Source of the DNA: Synechococcus elongatus PCC 6301
GTDB lineage: Bacteria > Cyanobacteriota > Cyanobacteriia > Synechococcales > Synechococcaceae
Direction of reading: 5' to 3'
Assembly: GCF_000010065.1 (NCBI RefSeq)
Contig: NC_006576.1
Span: forward strand, 1,830,001 to 1,862,000
DNA length: 32,000 nucleotides
Positions within the stretch are counted from its first letter, which is position 1; each line of letters begins with the position of its first letter. Both the position numbers and the translations under genes were made by a program. Of the stretch, positions 29,926-32,000 are shown in pieces. The notes under the pieces are model-generated. The model did no database searches. It was not told the origin of the DNA and saw only the letters and a list, made by a program, of their open reading frames with translations.

Positions 29926-31029
29926 TCAATTCATGACTTGAGTGCGGCGATAGCGATAGTATGCAGCGCAAGCTCCCTCGCTGGAAACCATTGGCGCACC
30001 TAGAGGTTTTTCTGGAGTACAAGTGCGACCAAAAGCCGGACAGTCACAGGGTTGTTTCTGGCCTTGAAGAACCAAACCGCTGATGCAGTCATTGACTGAT
30101 GTGAGCGCGATCGCGCCAGTGATTGCAAAACGACAATGGGCATCAAACGACTTAAATTCAGGCTGGAATTCCAGCCCTCCCTCGGGAATTGTGCCCAGGC
30201 TGCGCCAGTCTTGATCGGCGATCGCAAACACCCGTTCTACCCACTGCTGAGCGGCTAAATTTCCAGCTTCTTGAACAGCGCGACCGTAGCAATTCACGAC
30301 TTCAGAGCGGCCGGATTCTAGTTGATCCAGACAGGCGTAAATGCCCTGCAAAATATCGACTGGTTCAAAGCCAGTAATCGCGATCGGGACATGATAGCGA
30401 TTAGCGATCGCCGGATATTCCGCTAAACCAGCGACTGTACAAACATGACCCGCCGCCAGAAAGCCTTGAATCCGGCAATCTGGATCAGCGAGTAACTGTG
30501 TCATCGCCGGAGCCACGCGGACATGAGACAGCAACACCGAAAAGTTGGTGAGCTGTTGTTGCTGGGCTTGGGCGATCGCGAGAGCAGTTGCGGGAGCTGT
30601 TGTTTCAAAGCCGACCGCGAGAAAAACCACTTGGCGATCGGGGTTTTTAGCTGCGATCGCAACAGCATCCAGTGGACTATAGACAATCTGCACCTGAGCA
30701 CCAGCGGCACGGGCTTGCTGTAAACTCTGCTGGCGTTCGCCGGGAACCCGTACCATATCGCCGAAGCTACAGATTATGACTTGCGGATCTTGGGCGATCG
30801 CGATTGCCTGATCAATCACCGAGCCGGGCGTCACACAGACCGGACAACCGGGGCCATGCAGCAGCGTCACCCCCTCGGGCAGCAAAGTATCGAGGCCATA
30901 GCGAACGATGCTGTGGGTCTGGCCGCCGCAAACTTCCATCAGCGTCCAAGGTCGCGTTACCCGTTGCGCGATCGCTTCTACCCACGCTTGCACGGCTGCC
31001 GCCTGCCGAAACTCCTGGACGTAGCGCAC
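29926..31029 (-). CDS. hypD: [NiFe] hydrogenase maturation/expression protein HypD
   Basis: LMEVCGGQTHSIVRYGLDTLLPEGVTLLHGPGCPVCVTP, FLAVGFETTAPATALAI, GFLAAGHVCTVAG, C-terminal CDCPAFGRTCTPEKPLGAPMVSSEGACAAYY. GTG at 31029 lies 1 nt past the upstream gene stop. Confidence 0.95.
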   Translation of the reverse strand: MRYVQEFRQAAAVQAWVEAIAQRVTRPWTLMEVCGGQTHSIVRYGLDTLLPEGVTLLHGPGCPVCVTPGSVIDQAIAIAQDPQVIICSFGDMVRVPGERQQSLQQARAAGAQVQIVYSPLDAVAIAAKNPDRQVVFLAVGFETTAPATALAIAQAQQQQLTNFSVLLSHVRVAPAMTQLLADPDCRIQGFLAAGHVCTVAGLAEYPAIANRYHVPIAITGFEPVDILQGIYACLDQLESGRSEVVNCYGRAVQEAGNLAAQQWVERVFAIADQDWRSLGTIPEGGLEFQPEFKSFDAHCRFAITGAIALTSVNDCISGLVLQGQKQPCDCPAFGRTCTPEKPLGAPMVSSEGACAAYYRYRRTQVMN

Positions 31030-31030
31030 C

Positions 31031-32000
31031 TCAACCCCCCGGGAAGACTTCCGGCACCGCCCAAGTGCCACTCTGCAGCGATCGCAGATACTGCACCCGT
31101 TCAAAGCGATCGGGCGCCGGACAGGACTGCTGACTCATGCAACCTTGCAGCAGCGACAACGCGGGGCAATCATGCTCCGCCAGCCACGTTTTTAAGTCTG
31201 CTTCAATCCGCTGCAAGACGTCGGGGCCATGGCGTAACAGTGCCCCCACAATTTGCGTGGTGGCTGCTCCCGCCATCACCATGCGGATCACATCATCAGC
31301 GCGTTGAATGCCACCCGTCGCCGCAAAATCCACCGGCACCTGTCCGTAGAGCAGCGCAATCCAATGCAGCGGCAGCCGTTGATCCTGTGGGTTACTCAAG
31401 ATCAGGCGCGGCACGACGTCCAAACTCTCAATGTCGATATCCGGCTGATAAAAGCGGTTAAACAGCACGATCGCCTGAGCCCCCGCTTGGGCAAACTGCC
31501 GGATCATGTGGCCGGGACTGCTGAAAAAAGGGCTGAGCTTAACCGCCAGCGGTAACTGCGTCGCCGCCCGCACTTGCTCAACCACCCGCAGATATTGGGC
31601 TTCGACTTCCGCTCCGCTCTGATTCGGATCGACCGGCAGCGCGTACAAGTTCAGCTCCAGTGCATCCGCGCCAGCACCTTCAATTCGGCGGGCGTAATCA
31701 ACCCAGCCGTTATCACTGGTGCCATTCAAACTGGCGATGATCGGGATTTGAACTTGAGCTTTAGCCTTCTCAATCTGCCGGAGATAATGCACCGGCCCGA
31801 TCGGGAACCAAGCGGGCTCCGGCGCATAGGTCAGGGATTCTGCATAGTGATGACTGCCGACTTCCAACTGCTGCCAAACGGCCTGATGCTCGGCTTCTAC
31901 CTGCTCCTCAAATAGGGAATGGAGCACGATCGCACTCGCTCCCGCTGCTTCTAAGGCGGGGAGTTGTTCCGTCCGCTCACTCAGGGGAGCAGCAGCCCCA
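31031..32000 (-). CDS. Dihydroorotate dehydrogenase-like flavoprotein (5' end outside window)
   Basis: Open frame to the window edge: GAAAPLSERTEQLPALEAAGASAIVLHSLFEEQV...IPIIASLNGTSDNGWVDYARRIEGAGADALELNLY...LAVKLSPFFSS...VDFAATGGIQRADDVIRMVMAGA. Confidence 0.85.
   Translation of the reverse strand, partial: GAAAPLSERTEQLPALEAAGASAIVLHSLFEEQVEAEHQAVWQQLEVGSHHYAESLTYAPEPAWFPIGPVHYLRQIEKAKAQVQIPIIASLNGTSDNGWVDYARRIEGAGADALELNLYALPVDPNQSGAEVEAQYLRVVEQVRAATQLPLAVKLSPFFSSPGHMIRQFAQAGAQAIVLFNRFYQPDIDIESLDVVPRLILSNPQDQRLPLHWIALLYGQVPVDFAATGGIQRADDVIRMVMAGAATTQIVGALLRHGPDVLQRIEADLKTWLAEHDCPALSLLQGCMSQQSCPAPDRFERVQYLRSLQSGTWAVPEVFPGG

Noticed and set aside
30781-31461. 226-aa plus-strand ORF
   Set aside because: Antisense to hypD and the DHOD-like gene; translation has no recognisable domain.

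Overview
This 32 kb window is cyanobacterial chromosome. Dense HIP1 palindromes (GCGATCGC) and the gene content suggest Synechococcus elongatus (PCC 7942/6301 type); that is my inference and was not checked by a search. Most of it is housekeeping: lysS 3' end, methyltransferase, SPFH protein, adenosine deaminase-like, purA, RidA, thiO, tRNA-Phe, comF-like, agmatine deiminase, Hsp20, GNAT, ruvX, YqeG phosphatase, Na+/H+ antiporter, gltX, 5-oxoprolinase/hydantoinase, DnaJ-domain protein, hypD and a dihydroorotate dehydrogenase-like gene. Regions that stand out: (1) an AT-rich, HIP1-free segment (about 19.4-21.2 kb) with a single OLD-like ATPase-TOPRIM gene, a candidate anti-phage or other accessory nuclease; (2) a secreted oxalate-decarboxylase-like bicupin directly followed by a large secreted cytochrome with three CxxCH motifs (26.7-29.9 kb), a possible uncharacterised periplasmic redox pair; (3) a DUF296/PPC-domain gene split by one in-frame TAG codon (8286-8288); (4) a short-chain dehydrogenase whose Rossmann N-terminus and remainder are in different frames, shifted at a G5/C5 tract (21712-21716); (5) a comF-like CDS ending inside the tRNA-Phe gene; (6) an unannotated 39-aa hydrophobic small ORF. 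I saw no CRISPR array, transposase, rRNA or prophage.
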